A stretch of DNA of 64,000 bases from Octopus bimaculoides. Its lineage: Eukaryota. Location of the stretch: contig NC_068987.1 in the NCBI RefSeq assembly GCF_001194135.2, positions 61,840,150-61,904,149 on the forward strand. The letters run 5' to 3'. A program made the position numbers and the translations under genes. The notes below the pieces were generated by a model. The model was not told the DNA's origin. It did no database searches and worked only from the letters and a program-made list of their open reading frames with translations. This document shows positions 1-12,027 of this stretch, one piece after another (position 1 is the first letter of the stretch; every line of letters starts with the position of its first letter).

Positions 1-230
1 CACATAAAAGACACCATTTCGAGCGTGGCCGTTTTCGTGCGGGTGACATGTAAAAGCACCCACTACACTCTCTGAGTGGTTGGCGTTAGGAAGGGCATCC
101 AGCTGTAGAAACTCTGCCAAATCAGACTGGAGCCTGGTGTTGCCATCCGGTTTCACCAGTCCTCAGTCAAATCGTCCAACCCATGCTAGCATGGAAAGCG
201 GACGTTAAACGATGATGATGATGATGATGA
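1..230 (+). mobile_element. SINE-like family A, 3' part (RTE-type tail ending CCATGCTAGCATGG...(GAT)n)
   Basis: The same ~230-bp tail recurs at about 7990-8232(+), 9385-9560(-), 12600-13023(+), 17704-17990(-), 30832-31056(+), 33993-34190(-), 39140-39440(+), 57480-57611(+) and 61807-62185(-). Confidence 0.85.
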
Positions 231-1001
231 TAGGATCGTTATTTAAAATACCGATCATATCAGGTGGCTAGCATGGGAATAAAAACCTCATACTTTCTCA
301 TCACAAAAGTGAATCACTTTTGAATTGAATTGAATTGTAACATGTGATGAGAAATGAATCCAATACAACAACCGTAAATGTTAAGCACAATGGTTGGACA
401 AAAACGAGCCACTAAAACACAGTCCAAAAAGCAAGATTTATCAAAAGAAGCTGATGGTGTGTCTTTGGTGGTCTGGCGCTGGTGTGATCCATTATGATTT
501 CATTAAACCTGGTTTATCAATCACGGCTGAAGTATACTGCAGCCAAACAGACCAAATGATGCAAAAACTTACAAAAAACAAACAGCCTAGATTAGTCAAC
601 AGATCCACTCTTATTTTATTGCAAGACAATGCCAGACCACACATCGCAAAAATGTCATTGGCAAAACTACAGGAGTTGGAGTTGGAGTTGGAGTTCTCCA
701 ACATCCACCATACTCACCTGATCTTTGCCTCCACTGACTACCACTTCTTCCAGAATTTGGATAACTTTTTTGATAGGAAAAAAATTTAATTCCAACGATG
801 CTGTAAAACAGGCCTTCCAAGATTTTATTGACTCTAGATTGCCAGGCTTTTACAGTTCCGGGCTGGACGAGCTACCGCTGAATTGGCAAAAGTGTATTGA
901 TAATATGGGTGCATACTTTGATGAATAAATCTATTCCTCGTATTTATAAAACATTAGCAAACTCTTTTTCTTTTCCACAAATCTCATACTTGACAACCTA
1001 A
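231..1001 (+). pseudogene. Degraded mariner (DD34D) transposase, 3' half, with right TIR
   Basis: Motifs VTCDEK*, QDNARPH, STDYHFF and WQKCIDNMGAYFDE* spread over frameshifted frames. Ends in ...TTGACAACCTAA|TA, a mariner TIR plus TA target. Confidence 0.92.
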
Positions 1002-1112
1002 TATATATATATTTGTATAAGTTTATGTATACATGTATTTATGTAAATGTATTTATAAATATATTTATATATACATTTACCTATTTATCTATCTCCATTT
1101 CTGTCTTTGTAG

Positions 1113-1150
<38 letters not shown>

Positions 1151-1440
1151 ATATAAATGAATACATAACAACAGATGGCTAATTCACCTCTCTCAGAACC
1201 TGCTCCTTGCTTGATATCCAAAGTATACTATGAACTGTATATTTAATATAATGTGCATTTCTTGATTAGCTCAGGGGCTAATGATATACTCAGTCAGGCT
1301 CTGTTAATTGTATTCATAACCTGAATATTTTTCTGCCTGTACTTCAGTACCTACGTATGCATCCGGCCCGACTCAGCGCCTTACCATTTAAGTGTCTAGT
1401 TCACTTGAATTTTAATCTTACACACACACACACACACACG

Positions 1441-1501
<61 letters not shown>

Positions 1502-1518
1502 ATGTATGCATGTTTGTA

Positions 1519-1552
<34 letters not shown>

Positions 1553-2774
1553 GATACATTGCATTAAACACTAGAAATTAAAAACAAGTTATATATATTG
1601 AAACATAAGCATAAGCATACAATACATATTCTCTGGATATAATAGCCTATTTCTAGAGGCCATACGTGCATACAAATGGATGGTAGAGAAAGGAAACCAA
1701 TTTTTAAAAGCAGTAATACTGTAAAATATTGTGAACAGCTGAAATATGCGTATGATTCAGATACGTTCTTTCTGCAAGTAATCTTTTGATTTGAGTCCTG
1801 TATTCTCAGAGATTAACTATAGAAATACAAATTTAAATGTTTGTGTGCATGTGTGTGTGAATGAGAGAGGGAGAGAGATGGAGAGAAAAAAGGGGGAAGA
1901 GAGAGTTTGTGTGTTTGTGTGAGTATAAGTGGGGTTGTGCATGCATGGAGTGGATAGGCAAATATAACAGTTTGTCTGAATGTATAGATGTTTGTATGTA
2001 TATATGTAGGTGTTTGTATATGTTTGTATGTACGTGTGTGTGTGTGTGTATGTTTGTAAGAGAGTGATGGAAAGTTTGGGTGTTTATGTGAGTTGTTTGT
2101 GTGGACATGGAAATTTTGTGCAGATAGACAGAAATAGATAAATAGATAGAGATAGATAAATAGATAGACGTAGATAAATAGATATAGATAAACAGATAGA
2201 TAGAAAGATAGATAGATAGATAGAAATGCAAAAGGTGCTTTGTGATGAAGCAATTTCAAATATAAATGTTGTACTGAAATAATAGTAATGGTAAGGAATT
2301 CTTTACATTACCCAGGCAGTTTGTTAAAGTGATTGATACTGTTACAGTGGTGGCTTAATTAGTAATAGAGATGAGTGCTGTGAAAGCATAGTGGTTAGGG
2401 TAAGGATAGGCTAGAAAAGGTTTAGGAAGCTGCTCTTTTTTCTCTGTTGATAACAAAGAATGAAGGCTTATACAATGCTTGTGTTCAGAATGTGGTATTG
2501 CAGAGTGGTGAGATACAGGTACTGAATGTAGAGGATATGTGGAGATTAGAATGAACGGAAAGTAACACTAGGCATCAGAGGTATCTATTGTAATATCCAA
2601 GAGAAAAGAACATGATAGTATTGGCTTGGGAAGGAGATGTTAAGTAAAGTGGGAAGGGCTGGCTGATCTCAAAATAATGAGTTTTGTACAGATGTTAATA
2701 TAATGGAATTGTGACTAAGATCAAGTCATAGAAGTGTGATGAAACATTTTGTAAGTTTACAGTATGTAATAGGA

Positions 2775-3020
2775 CCCCTTCTGCCATGACTGACAGTTCC
2801 CCTCCAAGGCACATGTCTTGGCAAGGTTGTTTATGGAAGACTAGCAGCTGTCTATGCATACCAGCCTCCCCTCTCTACACAACTGTGTTATCCAAGGGAA
2901 AGGCACAGGCCAATACAGCTTGGCACCAGTGATGTTGCAACTTACTTTTACAGCAAGTGAACTGGAGCTGTGTGAAATAAAGTGTCTTGTTCAAGAACAC
3001 AACACATAACCTGCTCAGCA
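2775..3020 (-). mobile_element. SINE-like family E copy
   Basis: Homologous to the more complete copy at 60481-60805. Confidence 0.7.
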
Positions 3021-3669
3021 ATTAAAAAAATATGTGATGTGAGAGTTTTCATGTAAATGGGCTAACATAACTCTTCTACAGTGTCATTGTTATTTTGTAA
3101 ACATGAGTTTTTAAAACTTGTTTACCATTGAAGTATGACAGTCAACTATATTTTTATCTTTATTTAGAAGAGACCATAAATATGAGTCATACAGTTTTTA
3201 TGACTAACTATAAGTTATAACTATAAGTTAGAAATTGCTGCCATTGTAACACAAGTGGATTCAATGTGTATGTTATAGAGAGCTTTTTGTATTGCCCACA
3301 ATGCACTGAAGTAGTCATACAAGAAACTCTTGATCCGCAAGGTGACAGATGTACAGAGTTCATAGTTGAATAAGTTAGCTACAAAGTTTTTGTGCAAGAT
3401 ATTGTTGAAGGGCAACAATTATGTTTTTGCTACAATTGCCAACAACAGAAGTGTGTGTGGGTTTATCTAGGATTTAAACTATCATCTTCATCGTCACCAT
3501 ATTTGCATGGGTTGGGTGGAATCTGTTGAGGTGGGTTTTCCTATGACTGGATGCTTTTCCTGACACCAACCCTGACATGTTTCCAAATAAGGTAACATTA
3601 TGGACCTGAATTTTCTGAGGCTGCTGAGAGTGGACCAGATGCCACCCAAGATATGGCACTCTGCTTATA

Positions 3670-3886
3670 CGAGGGGGTGCTGAAAAGTTCCTGACTTTGG
3701 ATAAAGGAAAATACAGGAGGATTGGTTAATTATGATATTTTTCAACATATTCCCCTCCCAGATTCACACACTTATTGCAGTGGTCCTTCAGTTCTTCTAA
3801 GCCCTATAAAAGAACTCAGAAGGTTGGGCCTCCAACCAGGCCTTTCACAATATCTTTAAAGCCAGGAACTTTTCAGCACCTCCTCG
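3670..3886. mobile_element. Mariner-type MITE, 217 bp
   Basis: 29-bp TIR (CGAGGGGGTGCTGAAAAGTTCCTGACTTT vs CGAGGAGGTGCTGAAAAGTTCCTGGCTTT) flanked by TA on both sides. Confidence 0.9.
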
Positions 3887-4090
3887 TATATTTATAGCTT
3901 TTAAATTTTTGATGGGATTCAAGTATAAATAATTATAATGACACTACTGTATTTATCTTTACAGTGATTGCCTCATTAATAAACCACAGTAAAACTATTA
4001 TGAGATATCCTCTTAACTATGAAGGCTGATACAAAAGTACAATTTAGCAGTGGTATGGTCCTCTGTTACCTCTCCTCTGAACGGGGCTAT

Positions 4091-4306
4091 TTAACCCTTT
4101 AGCATTTAAACCAGCCAAGCATTCTACCTGTTTTATGTTCAAACTGGCCAGATCTGATCTCTCAAACTTACCCTACAATGTATTTCTAAAAATAAACAAC
4201 CACACCGTCAAAATCCCAAAGCTATGAGATAATGCAGGATTAATTCAAAACACTGTCAATACATAAGCATTACATTTGGCAGAGTCTCTGAATGCTTAAG
4301 GGTTAA
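4091..4306. mobile_element. piggyBac-like MITE family 1
   Basis: TTAA|CCCTTTAGCATT...AATGCTTAAGGG|TTAA. Related copies at 18721-19267, 22794-23021, 38693-38870 and about 54539-54750. Confidence 0.85.
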
Positions 4307-6482
4307 ATGGTTATCCATTTTGGCAAAGGTATGACTTCTGTAGAGAAGGTGTTTGCTGCACCCTTTACTAACTTTACAGGGATGAAAGGCAAAGTAAAAC
4401 CTGGCAATAGCCTTGCATTCTACTCTTCTGGCTATTTAAATGTGGGGCTAAAACCTAATCCTATACCCTGTTTTCAGGGATTTAAACAAAAACTAGTAGT
4501 CTAACCCCTCCCAGAATAAGGTACTGGTTTTGTATATACTTCTTACTTTCAGCAGATATTGAACTCAGATAATACCAGTATAATACCAATGATAGCGTAT
4601 GTTATCTCCAATCTCTTAATTAACTGTCTAATATCCTATGAAGTCTGCCATTTTTGCACTCATTTAAAGATATAAATATAGAAAATATGCATTATTGCGG
4701 AAATTTAGAAATATTCTTAATAGACAAAGGTTACTTAAGTCCACATCCTAGATTTAAACACTATTTTAAAGTCTCCCTAGCTTAGGACATCTAATTGGAA
4801 GCATGCAACCCAATCAGCCTGAAGCTGGTATTGTGTATACATGCATGCATATACACACTCTCACTCACAGACACACATGCACACACACTCATGCACACTC
4901 TCTCTCTCCATCTTTCTCTCTTATTTTCTCTCTATTTTAAGGTTTATTTCTAAACTATTCATCTGTAATGTTATGCAACCAATACTGAAAGGGAACTAAA
5001 CTACATGCCAGAATGCAAATGTATTTGTTAAAAAGAGTTGCTGAGTTCATGAGATCTTTTTTAAAATGAAAAATTTAAGTATGATGTACTTAATAAAAAA
5101 AAAAAAAAGTTGATACAATTTTTAATAGTTATGAAGTATACTTACCAAAATTATCTTCATTTTTCCAACCCTACATTCACTCAAATATTCTATATGCATT
5201 TTTATTTTCATATGTAGAAAATTTTGCACTAAAACGTTTTTGTGCACATCATCCATTAAAAAAAAAAGAAAAATAGAGAACATTGATTGTCAGTAGTATA
5301 GATTCTTTTCTCAGTAACTTTAACTTAAACATTTTGCAGAAGTCTCATCAATTATTTTTAACCTTTAGTTAATTGAATTTATGGCATTTTAATTATCTTA
5401 TTTCCTTTAACATATAAGATAAGTTTTGAATTTGTGAACTTTGAAATTTTATTCAAGAATTCATCATTTTAAATAATTATCTAACTTACACAATGAAAGC
5501 TTTTATAATTTGAATGAACTAATCAATAACCATTCACTGAAATGAAGTCATGCAATTTTGAAAAATTAATGTATTATGGCATGTATTTTTAAATTTCTAA
5601 AATTTCTAGAGTTTGGTCAATTCTTTAAAAATATTAGTATTTAATTTTGTATTTTAACATTAGTAGATATTCTTTATGATATATTAGCCAGTTTCTTGCA
5701 CCTGTTACGTTTAGCACACAATTTATAGTTCTTATCTCACACGATAGCTATTTTATCTGGTTGACCTTTTTCCTCTTTTAGATTTTTATCATGAATCATT
5801 TTATTAATACTAAGTATGAATTTATACTCCATGGAGTTCTTTTGAGTTAAGCCTTTACATATGATACTTATGCCCTGAAAACGGGCATGTATGTTGTAAC
5901 TTAACATTTTGTGTCTAACAAATCTAAAATCTCCAATAAAGAAATTGTAAATCCAGGAAGAATTATTACTTAGATTAAAGGATTTGATATATGTAATTTC
6001 AACAAAGTTGGTAAAACATTAGAAATGGTAGAATGCAAGTTTTCTTCTTTAGTAATCTGAGCTAAAATTTTCATCCATGTAAATGAAATCAGTACCAAAC
6101 ATTATGCTGGTATTAACTTAATCTTTTCTACTCCTTCCTTAGAAATGTGTGGCTTTGTTCAAGGGTAAAAAAAAAAAAAAATCATGTCGACACTATTATG
6201 GTTGTGTGTTTAAGAAATTCAATTTAGAGCCACGTGATTTCAGGTTTGGTTCATTTTATGGTTTTTTGGATGAGTATCTTCTGCTATAATCTCTCAGGTT
6301 GACCAGAACTTCGTGGTTTGACAAAAAGAGTAGCAGACATATCAGTATATGCTGGGATTGATATGATCAATTAAAATATTCCAAGGTAGTGCCCCAACAT
6401 GGCTGCAGGCCAATGACTCAGTCCTGTAAAAGAATATATATACTTGTGTGTGTGTGTGTGTGTGTATGTGTGCGCGCACGCT

Positions 6483-6516
<34 letters not shown>

Positions 6517-7162
6517 CGCGCACGCTTGTGTGTGATACAAATAAGGAAAACAAACTCCAAATTTTGCAAAAGAGTAGAAAATCAGAGAAAAAGCATTAAA
6601 GGGTTGATAAACCTTTAAATGAATAATTATGAAAAAAATTATATTTTAATGTAGTATCTTAGAAATATGTAAATTGTCATGGTTCTGATTTGACATTAGA
6701 AACTTCATTAGGATTTCAGACAAAATGCTTTGTGATATTTTTTCAGTCTCTGTGCTCTGAGTTAAGATCCTGTTGAGGTTAACTTTGCTTTTCATCTACT
6801 TAGAATTGATAAAAAAAAAGTACCAATCTAAGGTGGTGGATTAGCAGTACTGTAAGAGCATTATACTGGATGCCTTGCAGTATTTGTTCCGGCTCTTTGT
6901 GTTCTGAGTTCAAATTCTGCTATGGTTTACTTGAGTTGTATACTTAATCCATTACTTGGTTTCACACCACCACCAGGCATCTTAAGTGACTTTAGTAGAA
7001 TCCATTCTGCAAGTACCCAAGCTAGATTTTTTGGTTTGATGATATCTTCCACTAATCTCATAGACCCTCTAATAGATCATAGTCATGGCCTTCTCTCTTG
7101 ACTGAGATATTAAAAAAAAAAAACTCAAAAAAACAAACTTAGTTGTAATATAAATGTGAGGA

Positions 7163-7377
7163 TTAGGGTTGTGAGCATGGTAGAATCATTAGCATGCCAG
7201 GCAAAATGCCTAGTGGCATTTCATCCATTTTTACATTTTGAGTTGAAATTCTGCCAAGGTCAACTTTACCATTCATCCTTTCAGGGTCGATAAAATAAGT
7301 ACCAGTGAAGTATTGGGATTGATGTAATCAACTTATCCTTCTCCAAAATTGCTGGCCTTGTGCCAAAATTTGAAATC
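7163..7377 (+). mobile_element. tRNA-derived SINE family C, full length, with 16-bp TSD
   Basis: TSD AATATAAATGTGAGGA at 7147-7162 and 7378-7393; A/B-box-like head. Other copies at 60062-60277(+), 50925-51115(-) and 52840-52930(-). Confidence 0.88.
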
Positions 7378-8783
7378 AATATAAATGTGAGGAATTTTAA
7401 CACATTAAAAGCATTTGAAATTTATGGCTTACACTGAATTATTGCAAGTAACTCCAAACTGCTGAATTTAGTTACAAGTAATGGATTAGGATAGTTTTCA
7501 AAATGGTACTATTATATTATTAATGTAGGTTCTTTGTTACTGTAAAATTGTTAACTACAAATGTAAGAATCCTGTTTAGTATTATTCTTAATTATCAATT
7601 AAATTAGAATGGAAACAAGAGACACTATATATGCGTTTCTAATTTTATTGTCATGATTGTTTTGATGTGCATTTTTCCCTGCTTGCATGAGTCGGATAGA
7701 ATTCAGTGAAGCAGATTTGATGCCCTTCCTGTTGTCTCAGCTATTTCAAAGCAAACAAATATTTCCCAATGATTGGACTTTGTTTCTATGGAAGATTGGA
7801 AGTGAGTGATATTACTTGTATGACAGTGTTGCTTGTTCATAACTACCACACAGTGTCAAGACAAGAATACACACACACATACACTCCCACACACACACAT
7901 ACTCATGTACACACACATATACTCCCACTTCTCCCTCCACACACACACACACATGAGGAAACATGAAAACATGTCAAACCAAGTTAAAATCATAGTCGTG
8001 GCCAGTGCCGGTGTGTTGGTGGCACTCAAAAGGCAACCATGCTGGTGACATGTAAAAGGCACTCATTCCAGTGACACATAAAAGACACCCAGTACACTCT
8101 GCAGAGTGTTTGTTGCTAGGAAGGGCCGCCAGCTGTAGGAACCAAGCCAAAAACATGATTGGAGCCTAGTGCAGCTCTCTGGCTTACCAGCTTCAGTCAA
8201 ACCATCTAATTCATGCCAGCATGGAAAACGTCTTCCAGCTAGTAAAGCCACTTACAAGGCTTTGGTTGAGCAAGGACTACTGTAGAAGCAACTCGCTGAG
8301 AGTGCACCGAAGAAGTTTTCATCTCCCAACTACATGGTTTTGGAACTGATCTGGATCTGAAACTACATGCATGGGAAGTGAATCTGTTAACCACACAGCG
8401 ATGCCTGCACCTATGTACTTACAAAATTTGAATTTAAGCTATTTTCTAAGAGCATCCACTGCCTTTTGTAAATTTTGTACCATGTTTTTATGAAATTCAT
8501 GCAGCAACCTAAACTGCAAACTGTCATAGGGAAATCTGTGAACTATGTTAACTATCGTGTTGTTATTGTAACTATGGGAAGGGTTGCGTCTAAAAGGAGA
8601 TTTGAAAAATATTCTCATTCATACTGAACAACTTTGGATAATTAAATGAAATGAAAGAACTCTGTTTAACAGCAGTACTTTGTATGAGTGCAGGACTGAT
8701 TGGTCAGCCTGGGAATATAGTTGAAAACATTTGTGCAAAGTGTGAGAAGTGAGCTTCTCAACCAACGAGCCATGACTGTGCTT

Positions 8784-8909
<126 letters not shown>

Positions 8910-9052
8910 TATTGAAATTGAGTTTGTTTAACAATTAGAGATTCAACTGCAATAAAAAAATGCATATTCTGTACAGTATGTATTGAGCACTTCTCCCTCA
9001 TTCATCCAACATAAATCAATGTACATGTGTGTGTGTGTGTGTGTGTGTGTAT

Positions 9053-9330
9053 GAAGGTGCATGGCCTAGTGGTTAGGGTGTTGCATTCATAATTGCAAGA
9101 TCGTGGTGTCAATTCTCAGATTAACAGTGCATTGTGTTCTTGAGCAAAACGTTTCATTTTACATTACTCTAGTCCACCCAGTTGTAAATGGGTAGTTCTA
9201 CAACAGACTGGCATTCTGTTCAAAGGGAATTGTTGGCTTGTCCGCCAAGCCAGAGGGGTGGCATCATTTGAAAGCTACAACAATGCAAGGAAGTACATTG
9301 TGACCAGAAGTATTTTAACAACATCTGATA
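9053..9330 (+). mobile_element. tRNA-derived SINE family D
   Basis: Head GGCCTAGTGGTTAGGGTGTTG...GGTGTCAATTC. Homologous copies at 28757-29075, 29380-29500 and 43672-43985. Confidence 0.75.
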
Positions 9331-9887
9331 GTCTAGTCAATACAGTGATCTCCTCCTCCTCCTCCCCCTCATCATTATCATCATCATCATCATTGTCATC
9401 ATTTAATATTCATTTTCCATGCTGTCATGGGTTGAATGATTTGACAGGAGCTGGCAAGTCAGCAGACTGTGCTGAGCTCTGTTGACTGATTTGGCACAGT
9501 TTTCTATGGTAGGATGCCCTTCCCAATGCCATACTTTACAGAATGTACTGGGTGCTTTTTTTGTGGGGTCATTAAGTAATTTACAAGAAAAAGACTAGCT
9601 CAGCAACTTCTATGGTGGGGTGGCTAGTAGTGAGGTGATGGGTTTGTACCAGTTGATGAGAGGTTAAAATTTATTAAAGCGGGAGAGAGATAAGTGTCTT
9701 GCTATAGAGGAGATACAGGGATACTCCAGTTGNNNNNNNNNNTGCTATAGAGGAGATACAGGGATACTCCAGTTGGAACAGAAAGAGAGAGAGAGAGAGA
9801 TAAAGTTAATATGTATGTATTCATACACACACAAATCCACATTCATACCTCATAATTTATATGTTATTTTCTTTTTCTCTTTTGCAG

Positions 9888-9990
9888 ACATTTTCTCAGT
9901 ATGATATAGACAAAGAATTCTGTGATGGAATCTTTCAGACATTTAACTATATTGACATGGAAGAACTTAACTTTACATAAGAGAAATTTT
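9888..9990 (+). CDS. ABCA1: ABCA exon 2 equivalent: 5'UTR 9888-9924 plus start codon at 9925, [22 protein letters not shown]
   Basis: Pyrimidine tract + TGCAG acceptor ending 9887, GTAAGT donor at 9991. The 66 coding nt match ABCA1 [22 protein letters not shown] in length and motif. Confidence 0.9.
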
Positions 9991-11985
9991 GTAAGTAAAA
10001 CTTTCAGAAGTCATTTGAAATTTTCAGTATCATTGATTTTTATTTTTCACTATCTATAGATATACACGAATTGTTGTTAACCTTTTCCCTGTCCAAAGCA
10101 TTTTCATAACTTTATTCTAAGCATCCATGCTTGTTTTCAGACTCTTAGTTAGACCTTGTTTCATATGTTCTGTGTAATATAAAGCTTTCTTTTCATAAGT
10201 CCCAAGTTACTATAGTTGTTGAAAAAAAATAAAAGCAAAAATTAGGAATGTGTATCATATATGATGCATGTACACCAGGGAAATATGTCCTGCATGTCAC
10301 ATGTGATACACAAGACAAGCAAAGGGTTAAGCCACAGACTTATGATCAAATAAGTTTCAGTTATGACCGTTGTGTCTTCTTTTTTTTTTTTTAGAGACAT
10401 AGGTTTAAAACTTCACTGTTTAATATGTTGTTGTTCTTATTTTATAATGATTGCATGTAATTTTAGGAAGTTTTATCTACTCTTGGTAGCATGTCACTTG
10501 TTGGCTAATAAATCAGATGAGTGCATATAACTGAGTGAGGAATAAGTAATCTTAAGTACATGGCTGCCTGTCAAGAAAATTTATCTTTGTATGAGGAAAA
10601 ATGTGTGTTGGACAAATCTATTGATACTGTCATATCTTTCTTTTATAACATTCTTATTTATATGTGTGTCACTGTTGACTGTACTTAGTGTCTTAGCAGT
10701 AATTGAAATATATACAGCGTGCTGTGAATAAACTGTTATCTAAATTATGCAAAAATGAAAATAACACTGACATCTCATTTTAACAGATATATTTACCAAA
10801 ATTACATAAAAATATCTTGAAATACTAGAGAGTAAATTTATTCAATAAAATCGCCATTGGCTTCAACCATGGCTTCCAGACGACTTCAGAATCTCCCGCA
10901 ACTCTTCTGGACAGTCTCCTTGTTTAAGTTGGTGAATGTTGCCATTATCCTTGCCTTCAGTTCATCTTTGGGGTTACAAGGAGTTTTGTTGGTCTCTCAC
11001 CCAATTGTACCCCACACATAATAATGAAGGCGATTGCAGTGTGGGGAGTTAGGTGGCCAGATGTTAAAGGTGATGTGGTTGCAGAAATTGTCTGACAGCC
11101 ATGACTGTGTGGCATGTTACAGAAACCTGTTACCAGATATAGAGTCTTCCAGCAACCATCTTCTTGACCCAGGGCAGCACTACCTCCACCAGGCACTTGA
11201 TATAGGCCTCCATGTTGAGTCTGTGTAGGAAGATGAATACCTATCTGTCAGAAGCTTTCCTATTTCCGTTTTCTTTCTCTTCTTCAATATTCTTTAACTC
11301 TAGGCACAAGGCCCACAATTCAGGGAGTATCTTTTATGTTCTATCTTTTACTTGCTTCAGTCATTAAACTGTGACCATGCTGGGGCACCACTTGAAGAAT
11401 TCTAGTAGATTGAATCGACCTTAGTACTTATTTTTTTTTAAAGCCTGGTACTTATTCTATCATTATCTTTTGCCAAACTGCTAAGTTATTTTGATGTAAA
11501 CAGACCAACACCAGTTGTCAAGTGGTGGTGTGGGACAAACACAAAGACACACACATACACACATACATTCACACATACATATACACACACACTCACAGAC
11601 ACAGAGTAGGTTTCTTTCAGTTTCCTTCTACCAGATTTACTCACAAGGCTTTGGTCAGCCCAAGGCTATAGTAAAAGACACTTGGCCAAGGCGCCTTGCA
11701 GTGAGACTATTCCCAGAACCATGTTGTTGGGAAACAGACTGAAAAAAAAAAACAGTTCGAATCAGTTTCCTTACTTTTTTGTTTTCACTGTGGGGTGGGT
11801 AGGGGTGGATGGTATATAAAGTTAAACCTGGATGGGGATCTGAATTTAGAATATTCTTACTTTTGTTAATGTTTTTGTTAATATTTAGCAGAAGCAATAG
11901 GGTGACTCAAGGGCTAAGAGTTTCGTGTGTTAGCATGAAACTCCTGGCCCTTGTGTCACTTTGTTACTTCTGCTCAATATTAATA

Positions 11986-12027
<42 letters not shown>

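Noticed and set aside
1357-2259. ORFs rich in HT, CV, YI, LS or ER repeats (also 8619-9001, 46225-46509 and others)
   Set aside because: Translations of (CA)n, (TA)n, (CT)n and (GATA)n microsatellites; no splice or homology support.
9699-9775. Exact duplications on either side of short N gaps (also 12826-12920 and the poly-A at 24837-24877)
   Set aside because: Typical unmerged contig overlaps, not biological repeats.
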